Assembly: GCA_002396485.1 (NCBI GenBank)
Contig: DGXZ01000030.1
Span: 359-64,358 of the forward strand
Direction of reading: 5' to 3'
Source: Spartobacteria bacterium UBA5019
Lineage (GTDB): Bacteria; Verrucomicrobiota; Verrucomicrobiia; Chthoniobacterales; Terrimicrobiaceae
Length of the DNA stretch: 64,000 bases
Shown here: positions 28,431 through 38,201 of the stretch, one piece after another
Position numbering within the stretch: position 1 is the stretch's first letter
Layout of the letters: every line of letters begins with the position of its first letter
Made by a program: the position numbers and the translations under genes
The notes under the pieces: generated by a model
What the model was told of the DNA's origin: nothing
What the model saw: the letters and a program-made list of their open reading frames with translations, nothing else
The model's database searches: none

Positions 28431-29408
28431 ATGAACCGTCGGGGCAGCCTCACCAAGCAGGAACCAGTGGCCAATCGCGATGCGTGGGGGCGTTGGCTTT
28501 GGCCGGCGTTGATTGCTTCCATTTTGCTGCATCTGCTTTTTTGGAATTGGTCGCGTCATTTTCCGGTGGAGCGGATGAGTGAGGAGTTTTACGAGAAAAT
28601 CGTCCCGCGCACATTTCAGGTGGAGAGGGTTGAAATTGATCCGCGCCTCTTGGAGCCTGAGCGGGAGGAGGCGGCCAAGGCCCGCGTGTCGCCGGTTGCT
28701 GTTCAGTTGCCCGAGGAAAGTTTCTCCTCGGAGAAGATTGTTTCCTCAGCCCCGGATGCAAAAAATCCTCCACGACTGGACACGGCGATCCTCAATGAAA
28801 AGCCGGTGCTGGGCGACCCCGTGAATCAGAGCGCGCCGATTTCAAGCTCGCTGCCGATGGTGGCGGACGCCCCGCTGGAGGACATGCTCAAGGAAATGCC
28901 GACGCTGAAAAGCGATCCCCTGGCGTCACTTCCCCAGCCGATGGCAGTTGTCCAGGCGGGAAAAAGCCTCTCTGCCCAGCCCTCGGATGGACGCGGATTC
29001 ACAAACCTCGATGAGCTTCTCGCCCAGACCGGGCCGCTGACACCCGAGACAGCGCCCATCATGCTTCCGGGGGATTTGCTTTTTGAATACGATGCCTATC
29101 GCCTCCAGCCGGGTGCGATTTCGAGCATGCAAAAGCTTGGCCAGCTTCTTCTCCGCAACCCCCGCTCGCGTTTCCTCATCGAAGGCCACAGTGATTCGTT
29201 CGGGCCGGATGACTATAACCTCCGCCTCAGCGAACTCCGTGCGCAGACCGTGAAGGAATGGCTGATCTCCTCGATGGGTATTCCTGCCGATTTCATCGAA
29301 ACGCGTGGCTTCGGCGAATCCCGGCTTGTGGCTCCGGCGACAGGAAGCATCGAGGAGCAACAAATCAACCGCCGCGTCGAAATCGTTATCCGTCCGCCCG
29401 CGCCATGA
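28431..29408 (+). CDS. OmpA-family (peptidoglycan-binding) protein with N-terminal membrane anchor
   Basis: C-terminal OmpA-like domain: FEYDAYRLQPG...FLIEGHSDSFGPDDYNLRLSELRAQTV...NRRVEIVI. ATG 28431 lies inside the TTG-initiated ORF. Confidence 0.85.
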   Translation: MNRRGSLTKQEPVANRDAWGRWLWPALIASILLHLLFWNWSRHFPVERMSEEFYEKIVPRTFQVERVEIDPRLLEPEREEAAKARVSPVAVQLPEESFSSEKIVSSAPDAKNPPRLDTAILNEKPVLGDPVNQSAPISSSLPMVADAPLEDMLKEMPTLKSDPLASLPQPMAVVQAGKSLSAQPSDGRGFTNLDELLAQTGPLTPETAPIMLPGDLLFEYDAYRLQPGAISSMQKLGQLLLRNPRSRFLIEGHSDSFGPDDYNLRLSELRAQTVKEWLISSMGIPADFIETRGFGESRLVAPATGSIEEQQINRRVEIVIRPPAP

Positions 29409-32146
29409 GTCAGTCGCCTGAACCGCACACACTCGAAAACTCGGCTCTGGAACTCTCCAAGAGTGCCCGCGCCGGAAACAACGATCCGGTCGCCCTCTTT
29501 AAAAATTTCCGCAGGGAAGAGGAGGCTCGCCTGCGCTCATGGCACGATGCCGGGGGCGGGGGACGCGAGATCGCCCGCCAACGCTCGGACATGGTAGATA
29601 TTCTTTTTCGCGAGCTTTTCGAGGGTGTCGTACGTCGTGTTGCGACGAAGCCCCTGTCTGGCCGCCTCTCCGTAGCTGCTTTTGGTGGCTATGGCCGCCG
29701 CGAACTCACTCCCATGAGTGATGTGGATATCCTTTTTTTACAGGACAAAAGCACGGCCACCAAAGAGGTGGAGGAGATCATTCGCCAGACCTTGCTGGCC
29801 CTTTGGGATATCGGCTTCAAGGTCGGACACGCGACGCGATCAATCAGCGAGGCCGTGGAAAAGTGCAACGAGGACCCCATCACGAAAACCTCGATGCTCG
29901 AGTGCCGGTTCCTTGCCGGCGAGCGCGAGATTTTCAACCGCTTCAAGGAGCGCTTCCACGACGAGTGCGTGCGCGGCCACGCCGACCAATACATCGCCTG
30001 GCGGTTGGCTAACCAGGCTGAGCTGAGGGTCAAATACGGTCGCACTGTCTTCATGCAGGAGCCGAACATCAAGAGCGGCACGGGCAGCCTGCGCGATTAC
30101 CAGAGTCTGCTTTGGATTTCCCAATTCAAGCTGGGGATCAACTCCACAGCGAAGCTTGTCGAGGCCAAGGTTCTTCGCGATGGCGACCGGCGCCGACTGG
30201 AGAAAAGTTACGACTTCATGCTGCGCACCCGCGCCGCCATGCAATACTTGAACGGCCGCTCGGCCGATGTCCTCACGCTCCAGCTCCAGGGGCGGGTGGC
30301 CAATGAATTCAGCTATCCCCAGAAAAACATTCTCCGCAAGGTCGAGGCTTTCATGCGCGATTACTATGGCCATGCGCGGACGATCTATCTGGTGACAGAA
30401 GCGGCCCTTCGAAAAATGGAGGCCGCTCCGGATGCCCGCCCCCAAGGGATTCTCAGCCTCTTCGGCGTTCGACAAAAACCCGAGAAACTCGACCGTTTCA
30501 TCATTCGAAATGGTCAACTCGAGCCCGAGTCGCGCGAGATTTTCAACGATGATCCGTATCGGCTCATAAGGGCCTTCCACCACGCCCAGGTTCGTCAACT
30601 CGAGTTCCACCCCGAGCTTGTGGACCTCATCCGCCGCCGTCTCCATCTGATCGACCGCACGTTCCAATACGCCATCGCTGCGAGGGAGACGTTCTTCGCC
30701 ATTCTGTCCCGGAAGGGCGAGGTCGGGCGGACTCTGCGCCTCATGCATGATCTGGGAGTCCTGGGTCGCTACATTCCCGAGTTCGGCGCGCTGGATTGCC
30801 TCGTTCAGCACGAGTTCTTCCACCGCTACACGGCAGATGAGCACACGCTCGTCTGCATCGAGAAGCTCGACGGCGTTCTCTTTGCTCCCGAAAAAAAACT
30901 CGCCGGCTACCGACAGATTTTTCAGAAGCTCGAAGACCCCTCGATTCTCTATCTTTCCATCTTGCTGCACGATGTCGGGAAGGCGGCCAACACGCGCCAC
31001 CACGAAGAGACCGGAGCTGTGCTGGCCCACAAGGTCGCGCGGCGACTTCAGCTCACTCCCGACCGCCGTCGCATGCTTCTCACGTTGGTGGATTCGCACT
31101 ATGTCCTCTCCAAGATGGCCCAAAGCCGGAATCTCGAGGACTCCGCCACGATCGAGGAGTTCGGCCGCATCATTCGCAACCGGAAAAATCTCGATGCGCT
31201 CATGCTGCTCACGCTGGCCGACGGCATGGGCACGAGCGACCAGAACTGGTCCGACTGGAAGGAGGGGCTCGTCTGGACTCTCTACCGCCGCGCAGGCCAA
31301 TGGCTCGAAGGCGGTGTCGATGCCATGGAGCAGAGTCGTCGCGACCGCCAGGCGCAGAGAGGGATCGTCCTTGATATGCTCGGCGATGGATTCCGTGATG
31401 AGGCGGATGCCCACTTCCAGTTTATGCCGATGCGGTATTTTCAAATGTATGAGCCGCTCGAAATAGCTGACCATATGCGGATGTTCCGCGAATTCTTTGA
31501 AAACCGGAATGCCGACAACGACACAGCGCTCGTTCCCGTCTTCAAATGGATGCCGCGACCCGAGAAAGGCTACACCGAGGTTTGGGTGTGCGGGTGGGAC
31601 CGCCCGCGCCTTCTGGAGCGAATCGCCGGGGCTTTCCTGTCGGAGCGCTTGAACATTCTGAGCGCCGACATTTTCACCCGCACGGACAGCCTCGCGCTCG
31701 ACATCTTCCGTGTGGCCGGGACGAATCTCATGCCGATCACCAGCCCGCGCGACATTGTCGCCGTGGAGAAGCATCTCGCCGAGGCATTGCACCACGAGGA
31801 CTATGATTTCCGTCCGCTTCTGAGCAAGGAGACGCGCCTGCTCACCTACCGGCTTTCGCAAGAGTTCGACCTGCCCACGAGAATCAAAATCGATAACGAG
31901 TCGCACCCTGTTTACACGCTCATCGACATTCAGACCCCCGACCGCCTCGGGCTTCTTTACGACCTCTTGCGGGCCATGGGCGACTGCGGACTTCGTATCG
32001 AGATTTCCCGTATCACGACCGAGATGGATGTCGCGATGGACTCCTTCTACGTTTATGGGCGTGATGGCGAAAAAATCACCGCCACGTCGGCCATCAAGCA
32101 TCTTCAAGAGAGCCTACACCGGGCTGCCGTGAAGAATCCCGAATGA
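29405..32146 (+). CDS. glnD: [Protein-PII] uridylyltransferase / uridylyl-removing enzyme
   Basis: NTase domain (AAFGGYGRRELTPMSDVDILF), HD domain (LLHDVGKA) and two C-terminal ACT-like regions. ATG 29405 overlaps the upstream stop (ATGA). Confidence 0.9.
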   Translation: MSQSPEPHTLENSALELSKSARAGNNDPVALFKNFRREEEARLRSWHDAGGGGREIARQRSDMVDILFRELFEGVVRRVATKPLSGRLSVAAFGGYGRRELTPMSDVDILFLQDKSTATKEVEEIIRQTLLALWDIGFKVGHATRSISEAVEKCNEDPITKTSMLECRFLAGEREIFNRFKERFHDECVRGHADQYIAWRLANQAELRVKYGRTVFMQEPNIKSGTGSLRDYQSLLWISQFKLGINSTAKLVEAKVLRDGDRRRLEKSYDFMLRTRAAMQYLNGRSADVLTLQLQGRVANEFSYPQKNILRKVEAFMRDYYGHARTIYLVTEAALRKMEAAPDARPQGILSLFGVRQKPEKLDRFIIRNGQLEPESREIFNDDPYRLIRAFHHAQVRQLEFHPELVDLIRRRLHLIDRTFQYAIAARETFFAILSRKGEVGRTLRLMHDLGVLGRYIPEFGALDCLVQHEFFHRYTADEHTLVCIEKLDGVLFAPEKKLAGYRQIFQKLEDPSILYLSILLHDVGKAANTRHHEETGAVLAHKVARRLQLTPDRRRMLLTLVDSHYVLSKMAQSRNLEDSATIEEFGRIIRNRKNLDALMLLTLADGMGTSDQNWSDWKEGLVWTLYRRAGQWLEGGVDAMEQSRRDRQAQRGIVLDMLGDGFRDEADAHFQFMPMRYFQMYEPLEIADHMRMFREFFENRNADNDTALVPVFKWMPRPEKGYTEVWVCGWDRPRLLERIAGAFLSERLNILSADIFTRTDSLALDIFRVAGTNLMPITSPRDIVAVEKHLAEALHHEDYDFRPLLSKETRLLTYRLSQEFDLPTRIKIDNESHPVYTLIDIQTPDRLGLLYDLLRAMGDCGLRIEISRITTEMDVAMDSFYVYGRDGEKITATSAIKHLQESLHRAAVKNPE

Positions 32147-34662
32147 CTCCCCGGTTTGCGGCTCTTTTCTGGAGGCAGATCGTCCGCCCATGGGCTGCCT
32201 ACCCCCTTCTGCCTCTCCTCAATATCCTTGGTATTGCCATCGGCGTTGCTGTTTTTCTGTCGATTCAGATGGCAAATCGCGGCGCCTTGGCGAGTTTCCA
32301 AAATGCTGTCGGCCTCGTCGCCGGGCGGGCCAATCTGGAAATCCGGGGCGATCTGCCCGAAGAGATTTTTCCGCTGGTTGCCAAGACGCCCGGCATCAGC
32401 TCGGCCACGCCGCTTGTCGAAGGCATAGCCACCCTGCCGGACGCGCCTGGCGACTACTTGCGCATTCTTGGGGTCGATCCATTTACCGGCTCCGGCCTTC
32501 GGGTTTTCGAGCTCATCGACCCGTCAGGCGCGCCGCTCGATTTGGAAATGTGGCTGCGGGAACCCGATGTGATTGCCCTGCCTCCCCAGCGCGACCTGCC
32601 GGATGCATTTCGCGTTCTTGCCGCCGGCCGCTCGGTGACCCTGCGGCATGGCTTCGATCTCAAAACGGACGATGCCGCCGTGGCATCCGATCCCCGCATT
32701 GCCGCGATGGATATTGGTTGGGCGCAGCAGTTGCTTGACCTGGGCGGACGTCTCACCTCCATTCAGATTCGCGTGGAGAATCCGCTGGCGATGGATGCCG
32801 TCATCGCCAACCTTCGTGGAATTGCTCCTCCGGATGCGCTCATCGGCCCTCCAGCCCGGCGGGGTGCCGAGACCGAGCTCATGCTCGCTGCCTTCCAGCT
32901 TAACTTGACCGCCCTGAGCCTCGTTTCCATGGTCGTGGGAGTTTATCTCATCTATAACAGCCTCTCGGCGGCCGTCGTCCGCAGGCGTCATGAAATCGGC
33001 ATCCTCCGCGCAAACGGGGCCACCAAGTTGGAAGTGATGGCGCTTTTTCTCGGAGAGGGCCTCTGCTGCGGATTTCTGGGAACGCTGCTCGGCCTTGTGC
33101 TGGCAGGCCCCTTGGCCGCGATCCTCGCCGCGCCGGTGAGCCAGACGGTTTCCTCCCTCTATGCGCTGGTCACGATTGAGCGTCCTGTTCTCACTCCCGG
33201 TCAAGTGCTGTTGGCCTTTGCCGCCGGCCTCGGAGCCTCGCTCATCGCCGCCTGGCGTCCCGCATCGGAAGCGGCGGCCTGTGACCCGGCCCTCGTGATT
33301 CGCCCGGGCTCGCAGGGAGATGCGTTCTCCCATCAATCCCGCCACTGGGGAACCTGGGGCGTCATTTGTCTGATCCTCTCGGCAGGACTGTCTTGGGGCG
33401 CGCTCCATGGCGGTGGAAAATTTCTCGGGTTTGCCTCCGTGGGCTTGCTGATAGCCGGTTTTTCGCTGCTCGTGCCGACGGCGGTGAATTTCTTTGTTCG
33501 GCACGTTCACGGGCCGGGCTGGATGATCCGCCTTGCGGCCCAGCACCTCGGACGCTCGCTGCATCGGAATGCCGTCACCATCGCCGCATTGGCCGTGGCT
33601 GTGGCCATGACGGTGAGTGTTTCCGTGATGATCCACTCGTTCCGCGCCAGCGTGACCTCTTGGCTTGGCAACACCCTCGTTGCCGATCTTTTCATCGCGC
33701 CCGCTGCCAATGAAATCGCTGGTCTCCAGAGCTTCCTGCCATCCGCCGCCGTCGAGTGGGTGCAGCGTGATTCCCGCGTGAGGGAACTTGCCACCTTTCG
33801 CGAAATGCAGGTGCCCTGGGGCAAAAAGACTGCCAATCTCGCCATCATCGAGGGGAGCGCGCGCGGCGAATTGGATTTCGTGGCCGGGCCACCCGATGCC
33901 CGCGTCCTATTTCACCAACCGGGCATGGTTGCCGTCTCGGAGAGCTTTGCCAACCGCCATGGCACGAAGCCTGGGGACGTGCTCGAGTTTTCCTCGCCCA
34001 AGGGGCCGACTGCATTTCGGGTTGTCGGAGTGATCAAGGATTTCACGCGGGATAGCGGTCTCGTGATGATTGATCGCCCTAATTTCCGCCAATTCTGGAA
34101 TGATGAACGCCTCCACTCGCTTTCGATCAGTCTGCACGATCCCTTCGCGGCAGCGGCAGTCGCCGAGGATTTTCGAGCAGTTTTCGGGCGCGAGGGCGAG
34201 TTCTCGATTTATACGAATTCCGACCTGCGCCGCCGCGTTATGGAAATTTTCGACCAGACCTTCGCCGTCACTTCCGTCCTGAGGGCGATTGCCGTGGTCG
34301 TGGCCATCGCCGGGGTCCTGCTCTCGCTCACCACACTCGTCGTCGAGCGCGAGCGCGAAATCGGCATCCTCCGCTCTCAAGGTGCCTCTTGCGCCCAAGT
34401 GCGAGGGCTCATCCTCTCCGAAGCCGCCATGATCGGCCTGCTCGCCGCCGTCGTTGGCCTCCTGTGTGGCGCTTCCATGGCCATGGTGCTCACTTGGGTC
34501 ATTAACAAAGCCTTCTTCGGCTGGAGCATCGAACTCCGCTACCCGCTGGGCGTCCTACTTTCCACCCCTCTCTGGATCATCCCTGCCGCCCTCTTCGCCG
34601 CCTGGCTCCCCGCCCGCCGCGCCTCGCTCATCCCGCCCGCCCGGGCGCTCCGGTTTGAGTAA
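32143..34662 (+). CDS. ABC transporter permease, double FtsX-domain (MacB/LolE-like) protein
   Basis: 839 aa with two repeats of the four-TM FtsX module, each preceded by a large loop. Its ATG overlaps the glnD TGA. Confidence 0.8.
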   Translation: MTPRFAALFWRQIVRPWAAYPLLPLLNILGIAIGVAVFLSIQMANRGALASFQNAVGLVAGRANLEIRGDLPEEIFPLVAKTPGISSATPLVEGIATLPDAPGDYLRILGVDPFTGSGLRVFELIDPSGAPLDLEMWLREPDVIALPPQRDLPDAFRVLAAGRSVTLRHGFDLKTDDAAVASDPRIAAMDIGWAQQLLDLGGRLTSIQIRVENPLAMDAVIANLRGIAPPDALIGPPARRGAETELMLAAFQLNLTALSLVSMVVGVYLIYNSLSAAVVRRRHEIGILRANGATKLEVMALFLGEGLCCGFLGTLLGLVLAGPLAAILAAPVSQTVSSLYALVTIERPVLTPGQVLLAFAAGLGASLIAAWRPASEAAACDPALVIRPGSQGDAFSHQSRHWGTWGVICLILSAGLSWGALHGGGKFLGFASVGLLIAGFSLLVPTAVNFFVRHVHGPGWMIRLAAQHLGRSLHRNAVTIAALAVAVAMTVSVSVMIHSFRASVTSWLGNTLVADLFIAPAANEIAGLQSFLPSAAVEWVQRDSRVRELATFREMQVPWGKKTANLAIIEGSARGELDFVAGPPDARVLFHQPGMVAVSESFANRHGTKPGDVLEFSSPKGPTAFRVVGVIKDFTRDSGLVMIDRPNFRQFWNDERLHSLSISLHDPFAAAAVAEDFRAVFGREGEFSIYTNSDLRRRVMEIFDQTFAVTSVLRAIAVVVAIAGVLLSLTTLVVEREREIGILRSQGASCAQVRGLILSEAAMIGLLAAVVGLLCGASMAMVLTWVINKAFFGWSIELRYPLGVLLSTPLWIIPAALFAAWLPARRASLIPPARALRFE

Positions 34663-34721
34663 GGCTCCCCCTCGCGTTTTAGCTCTCCTCAAGTTGAGCT
34701 TTCTTGGTCATGGTCCACTAA

Positions 34722-35549
34722 ATGAAATATATCTTTGTATTTTTGACTGCCTTTTTTGGCCTTTTAACCTTGAGCTCTGCGGCTGATCCTTCAAATGCGG
34801 CCGCCGTTGTGGATTGGTCGGCTGGTTGGGTGCAAACGCCCGGGGCATGGGCGACTCTGGCCCTCTTGGTCGGGCTCGAGCTGGTGCTTGGTATCGACAA
34901 CATTCTGGTCATCACGCTGGCCGTCGCACGCATCGAGCCCTCGCTCAGGGACAAGGCACGGAATATCGGTCTGCTTCTGGCGCTTGTTCTGCGCCTCGTT
35001 GCGCTATGTGGAGCGAGTCTGCTCATCAGTATGAGCAACCCGGTGACTTCGATTTTTGGTTTCAACCTCTCGGTGAAGGATATCATCCTACTGAGTGGCG
35101 GGCTTTTTCTGACATGGAAAGCGGTGAAGGAAATCCACCATTGTGTGGAACATCCCACGGCGGGCGAAGGCACAGGTGTTGGCGGCGCTGTGACGGCAAC
35201 GTTCGCCTCGGCCATTCTGCAGATCGTGCTTTTGGATGCGGTATTCTCGATTGATTCGGTGATTACGGCTGTGGGTCTGACATCCCACATGCAGGTGATC
35301 ATACTGGCGGTGCTGGTTTCCTTCGGTGGCGTGCTGGCCTTTGCCAAGCCGATCGGCGAGTTTGTCGTCCGTCACGCTGCTCTGAAAATCTTGGCGCTCT
35401 CTTTTCTGGTCTGCATCGGAATGACCCTGATTCTTGAAGGTCTGCACAAGCATGTGGACAAGGAATTCCTCTACCTGCCGATGGGGTTTGCCCTGCTTGT
35501 GGAAATGCTGCAGATGCGGGCAAGCCGGAATGCGACACGCCATCCATAA
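34722..35549 (+). CDS. TerC family integral membrane protein
   Basis: LELVLGIDNILVITLAV and LLDAVFSIDSVITAVG duplicated TerC motifs. Confidence 0.8.
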   Translation: MKYIFVFLTAFFGLLTLSSAADPSNAAAVVDWSAGWVQTPGAWATLALLVGLELVLGIDNILVITLAVARIEPSLRDKARNIGLLLALVLRLVALCGASLLISMSNPVTSIFGFNLSVKDIILLSGGLFLTWKAVKEIHHCVEHPTAGEGTGVGGAVTATFASAILQIVLLDAVFSIDSVITAVGLTSHMQVIILAVLVSFGGVLAFAKPIGEFVVRHAALKILALSFLVCIGMTLILEGLHKHVDKEFLYLPMGFALLVEMLQMRASRNATRHP

Positions 35550-35600
35550 TGCCGGGCGATTTCGGTTGCCTTGGCCAATGCGTCTGAGCATAACGACGCG

Positions 35601-36248
35601 ATGAGCGAGTTCATTGATTTTTTCCTGCACGCCGAAAAGCACCTCGAGTGGTTTATCAAAAATTACAACCTCTGGATTTACGCCCTGCTTTTCGCCATCA
35701 TTTTTTGTGAGACTGGCCTGATCGTAACGCCGTTTCTCCCGGGGGATTCCCTGCTTTTCGCCGTCGGAGCCCTGGCTGGCAAAGGTCTCATCGATTGGAA
35801 AATCATCACCCCCCTGCTGCTGGTGGCGGCCATCGTCGGCGATGGCGTGAACTACGCGATCGGAAAGTGGATTGGTCCCAAAGTCTTTCACTACGAATCC
35901 AGCCGCTTTCTCAACAAGGCGCACCTCATGAAAGCCCATGCCTTCTACGAAAAATACGGAGGTCGTGCCATCATTCTCGCCCGCTTCGTTCCCATCGTTC
36001 GCACCTTCGCGCCCTTCGTGGCCGGGGTCGGTTCGATGACCTACTCGAAATTTGCTTTCTACAATGTGACCGGTGCAATCCTCTGGGTCGGCCTCTTCCT
36101 CGGCGGTGGCTACTATTTCGGTGGACTCGAGATCGTGCAGAAAAACATGAAGCTCGTGATCCTCGGCATCATAGTCGTTTCAGTCCTGCCGATCGTGTGG
36201 GAATTCTTCAAAGCCTGGCTCGACAAACGCCGCGAGAACGCGGCGTAG
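35601..36248 (+). CDS. DedA family membrane protein
   Basis: FAIIFCETGLIVTPFLPGDSLLF and GRAIILARFVPIVRTFAPFVAG are DedA/SNARE-associated signatures. ATG 35601 is preferred over TTG 35571. Confidence 0.85.
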   Translation: MSEFIDFFLHAEKHLEWFIKNYNLWIYALLFAIIFCETGLIVTPFLPGDSLLFAVGALAGKGLIDWKIITPLLLVAAIVGDGVNYAIGKWIGPKVFHYESSRFLNKAHLMKAHAFYEKYGGRAIILARFVPIVRTFAPFVAGVGSMTYSKFAFYNVTGAILWVGLFLGGGYYFGGLEIVQKNMKLVILGIIVVSVLPIVWEFFKAWLDKRRENAA

Positions 36249-36305
36249 GCGGAAATTTTAGACAAAATTTACAGGACGCAGTAGGGGCTTTTTTCTTGGC
36301 TGCCT

Positions 36306-37856
36306 TCACTCTTGCTGAGGCTCAATTCGGGGGAAGAGAGGGACTGGCTCACCGAGTTGGTGGCCGTCCGGGAGCGCGCCCCACTGGGCGGCGGGGAGGG
36401 AAGCGTCGCCTGGCCAGTTGAGTTGGGCGCGTATGGCATCCGCTTCGTGGGGGATGATCGGTGACATGAGGATTGAGATGATGCGCAGGGACTCGGAGAG
36501 CGTGTAGAGAACCTCGTCGAGTTTATCGGATTGGGCTGGGTCTTTGGCGAGTTTCCACGGGGCGGTTTCCTCCACATACGCGTTGCAGCGGGTAACGATC
36601 TCCATCGCTGCCTCGATGGCGGCTTGGACTTGGTAGGATTTCATAGCCGCATCGTAGGCGGCGGTTTTTTCCTGAATGAAGGCGGTGAGCGGTGAGTCCA
36701 TCCGGCGCAGGATGCCGCTGCGGTAGCGCTTGGCCATGCTGAGGGTGCGGTTCAGAAGGTTGCCGAGGCTGTTGGCGAGTTCGGCATTGTAGCGCTGTTC
36801 GAGGCGCTCGATGCTGAAGTCGGCATCGCGCCCGGTGGAGATGTCGCTGAGTAGGTAATACCGCACGGCAGCTTGGCCGTAGCGGGCTACGAGGACTTCG
36901 GGATCGATGCTGTTTCCGAGGCTTTTGCTCATCTTGGCACCGGAAATGTTCCACCAGCCATGGACGAGCAGCGTGGGCATCTCGGCGTCGGTGAAGCCGA
37001 GGGCTCGGAGCATGATCATCCAGTAAATGCCGTGGGGCGGTATCAGGATGTCCTTGCCGATGACATGCAGGGCGGGCCAGCGGGATTTGAAAAGGCTGAG
37101 ATCGGCTCCCGGCTTGGCGTCGTAGCCGGCGAAGCTGATGTAGTTCGAGAGGGCGTCGAACCAGACATAGGTTACAAAGGCGGGATCGAACGGAAGCTCG
37201 ATGCCCCAGGTGAGGCGGGATTTCGGGCGGGAAATGCAGAGGTCGCCGGTGAGTTTCTCCACGGCGTTTCGAAGCTCGGCGACGCGGAAATCGGGGACGA
37301 CGAGAGGATTCGCCGCTTCTGTGCGGGAGTCGATGAGATGGAGGAGCCAGTCGCGGTGCTCGGCGAGTTTGAAGTAGTAATTCTCCTCCTCGATCTCGAC
37401 GACCTCGCCCCACTCGGGGCCGAACTCGCCATCGGGTCCGCGTTCTTTTTCGGTGAGGAATTGCTCCTGGCGCACGCTGTAGTAGCCGCTCTGCGTGGCT
37501 TTGTAGAATTGGCCTTCATCCCAGAGTCGCTGGAGCATGCCTTGCACGCAGGATTTGTGGATATTCTCCACGGTGGCGGCCCAGGCGTCGTGGCTGAGGT
37601 CGAGTTTTTTCCAGAGTTCCACGAATAGGCTGGTGATCTCGGCGACAAACTCGGCCGGCTCGACTCCGCGTTTCTGGGCCGATTGCTGAACCTTCTGTCC
37701 GTGCTGGTCCACGCCTGTGAGGAAGAACACATCGCGTCCGGCGAGGCGCTGGTAGCGGGCGATGGAGTCGGCAAGGACCTTCTCATAGGCGTGGCCGATG
37801 TGCGGCGCGCCGTTGGTGTAATCGATCGCAGTGGTGATGAAGAAAGTGTTCGGCAT
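36306..37856 (-). CDS. metG: Methionine--tRNA ligase (short form)
   Basis: HIGH motif (APHIGHAYE) and KMSKS motif (GAKMSKSLGN), 516 aa. Confidence 0.95.
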   Translation of the reverse strand: MPNTFFITTAIDYTNGAPHIGHAYEKVLADSIARYQRLAGRDVFFLTGVDQHGQKVQQSAQKRGVEPAEFVAEITSLFVELWKKLDLSHDAWAATVENIHKSCVQGMLQRLWDEGQFYKATQSGYYSVRQEQFLTEKERGPDGEFGPEWGEVVEIEEENYYFKLAEHRDWLLHLIDSRTEAANPLVVPDFRVAELRNAVEKLTGDLCISRPKSRLTWGIELPFDPAFVTYVWFDALSNYISFAGYDAKPGADLSLFKSRWPALHVIGKDILIPPHGIYWMIMLRALGFTDAEMPTLLVHGWWNISGAKMSKSLGNSIDPEVLVARYGQAAVRYYLLSDISTGRDADFSIERLEQRYNAELANSLGNLLNRTLSMAKRYRSGILRRMDSPLTAFIQEKTAAYDAAMKSYQVQAAIEAAMEIVTRCNAYVEETAPWKLAKDPAQSDKLDEVLYTLSESLRIISILMSPIIPHEADAIRAQLNWPGDASLPAAQWGALPDGHQLGEPVPLFPRIEPQQE

Positions 37857-37862
37857 GGTGTG

Positions 37863-38201
37863 TCAGGAGTCGGTTTTGATTTTTCCGCCCCAGGAGAGGA
37901 TGCGCGCCTTGCCGCCTGCGGCTTCAGCCTCCTTGATCTGGCTGTTGCGGACATGGAAAAGCGAGAGGCTGGACCAGGCCAGCATGTCCTGCGGACGGAG
38001 CTTTACGGCTTGAAGCCCAGCTTCAACGGCCTCGGCGTTGCGGCCGTTTTTCATCAGCGACATGCCGAGTGCGTGCCAGCCCTCGAAAAAATCGGGATCC
38101 ATCTCGACACAGCGCCGGTATTTCTCGATCGCCGCATCCAGATCGCCAACAGCGATGTCCCCCGTGGCATCGTCGAAAAGCTCCTCGATCTTTTGAGCCA
38201 T
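37863..38201 (-). CDS. Small TPR-repeat protein
   Basis: MAQKIEELFDD start at ATG 38201, sharing one base with the upstream TGA (TGATG). The repeats are TPR-like (AIEKYRRCVEMDPDFFEGWHALG...). Confidence 0.6.
   Translation of the reverse strand: MAQKIEELFDDATGDIAVGDLDAAIEKYRRCVEMDPDFFEGWHALGMSLMKNGRNAEAVEAGLQAVKLRPQDMLAWSSLSLFHVRNSQIKEAEAAGGKARILSWGGKIKTDS

Noticed and set aside
29840-32107. Very long antisense ORFs opposite well-supported genes: 755 aa opposite glnD here. The others are 47746-49464 opposite yidC, 4048-5313 opposite gcvP, 16943-18115 opposite ugd, 58309-59655 opposite comM, 20631-21833 opposite the M42 peptidase, 13427-14539 opposite galE and 32524-33636 opposite the FtsX permease.
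   Set aside because: Their translations are low-complexity and rich in Arg/Gly/Ala/His, with no recognisable motifs. The opposite strand carries textbook catalytic signatures in every case. Long stop-free antisense frames are expected at about 60 % G+C.
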